A stretch of DNA of 63,482 nucleotides, the filler included, from Rhabdomonas costata (Eukaryota), in NCBI GenBank assembly GCA_019059605.1. It is 49 parts of 49 records of this genome, joined end to end, with 100 filler letters (N's around TTAATTAATTAA, not from the genome) between each part and the next. Parts side by side here need not be neighbours in the genome. Positions count along the whole stretch, not along the records: positions 62,286 to 63,482 come from JAHMHO010024000.1; 48 more parts are not named here. One strand, given 5' to 3'. Below are positions 62,541 through 63,482 of this stretch, piece by piece. The translations under genes and the position numbers were made by a program. Position 1 is the first letter of the stretch. Every line of letters begins with the position of its first letter. The notes below the pieces were generated by a model that saw only the letters and a program-made list of their open reading frames with translations, had not been told where the DNA came from and did no database searches.

Positions 62541-63482
62541 CTGCGAAACTCCCATCGGGGTTGAAAATGGACCGCCCTTTGACTTTGTGTTCTCCCTAAT
62601 TCAGAAAATAGCTCCCCCTTACCACCTGTTCTCAACCTCAAAGCAAACACACGCAGACAGCCGAAAGCCGTCCAGAGAACAACAGCAAACAACACCAACA
62701 GCCAAAACGAAATGAGAACAAGTGAAAGCGCTGCAAGAAACCGGAATAAACAAAACGAATTTTTCAACATGACAGCTTGTGTCCAGTGGGGAAGAGGAGG
62801 GGAGGGGGTTAGATAACTCATAGGCAGTCAGTTGGTCGTCCTTGCTTCTTGTGCAGAAATACAGCGTGCAAGGAAGGGGGCACTACTCACCGCCAGCCTG
62901 GCAAAGCTGACCATAACCTGGAGATATCCTCCAGCAAGAACGGCGGAAAATGTTCAGAATTTCATCCCCCCACGTATCTGTAGCCTTGCTGTAACGTTAC
63001 AAGGAATTGCGACTGCCCTCGGGCTCTGACATTGCATGCACTCGCGATTGGGACCGCGAAATGATTGAAAACAGGGGAGAACGTGCTATACCTGTCAATG
63101 ATGGAATGCTGGGCGACCCTCACCAGATGCGGGAAATCAAAAAGTGCACCTCTCTGACAAAAAGATCTAACAGTGGGCCCCCGTTCCAGTTTAATGGGCT
63201 CCCAATGCACTGCACCACAAACCGCAAACCTTTCTCATAGCCAGAGCCAACAACTCCCTCCCCCCTTTTCCGCTTTTAGGGCCCCTTTGCACACAAGAGC
63301 CCACTTAAACACAACATGCACTGAGGTACCTGTGCGGGATATAAAACTTACAAATACACTCTGCCACTGCGCAGGATGGATCGACTGCACAGCAAAGAAC
63401 CAAACGGTCAAAACCCCCCACAACGAGTCCAGCCAATCAATATTTCACAATCCTCGAACACCAACACTCTGGAGAACCCACA

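Noticed and set aside
1..63482. Operon-like or gene-cluster reading of neighbouring genes (e.g. two ABCG fragments, two kinases, cyclases)
   Set aside because: Contigs appear ordered by length and are unlinked, so adjacency carries no information

Overview
This window is not a contiguous locus. It is 49 unrelated ~1.2-kb contigs joined by 48 identical 100-nt artificial spacers (44 N + TTAATTAATTAA + 44 N), so no gene neighbourhood can be inferred across spacers. The contigs are fragments of an intron-rich eukaryotic nuclear genome. An articulin gene with VPV repeats, flagellar genes and several class III nucleotidyl cyclases point to a euglenid (inference). Contig ends carry G/T-only (5') and A/C-only (3') tags plus fold-back hairpins, as expected from whole-genome amplification with K-rich primers. 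Recognisable exons, nearly all with GT-AG borders, encode parts of articulin, axonemal dynein heavy chain, MCM5, eL13, Nar1/CIAO3, CFAP53, Prp3, two ABCG/PDR transporters, a MATE transporter, a TRPV-like channel, two CMGC/MAPK-like kinases, adenylate/guanylate cyclases, an EEP-fold hydrolase, Cys-rich surface proteins and an EF-hand protein. There is also a decayed Ty3/gypsy pol and a non-LTR RT-like fragment. I found no convincing multi-gene novel system. The best leads are a tandem 1,070-bp exon-intron module in the articulin gene, a divergent dynein-MTBD-like protein, a head-to-head pair of tRNA-like elements, an RT-like motif bounded by possible splice sites, and candidate GC-AG introns. 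All family calls come from recalled motifs, not database searches.
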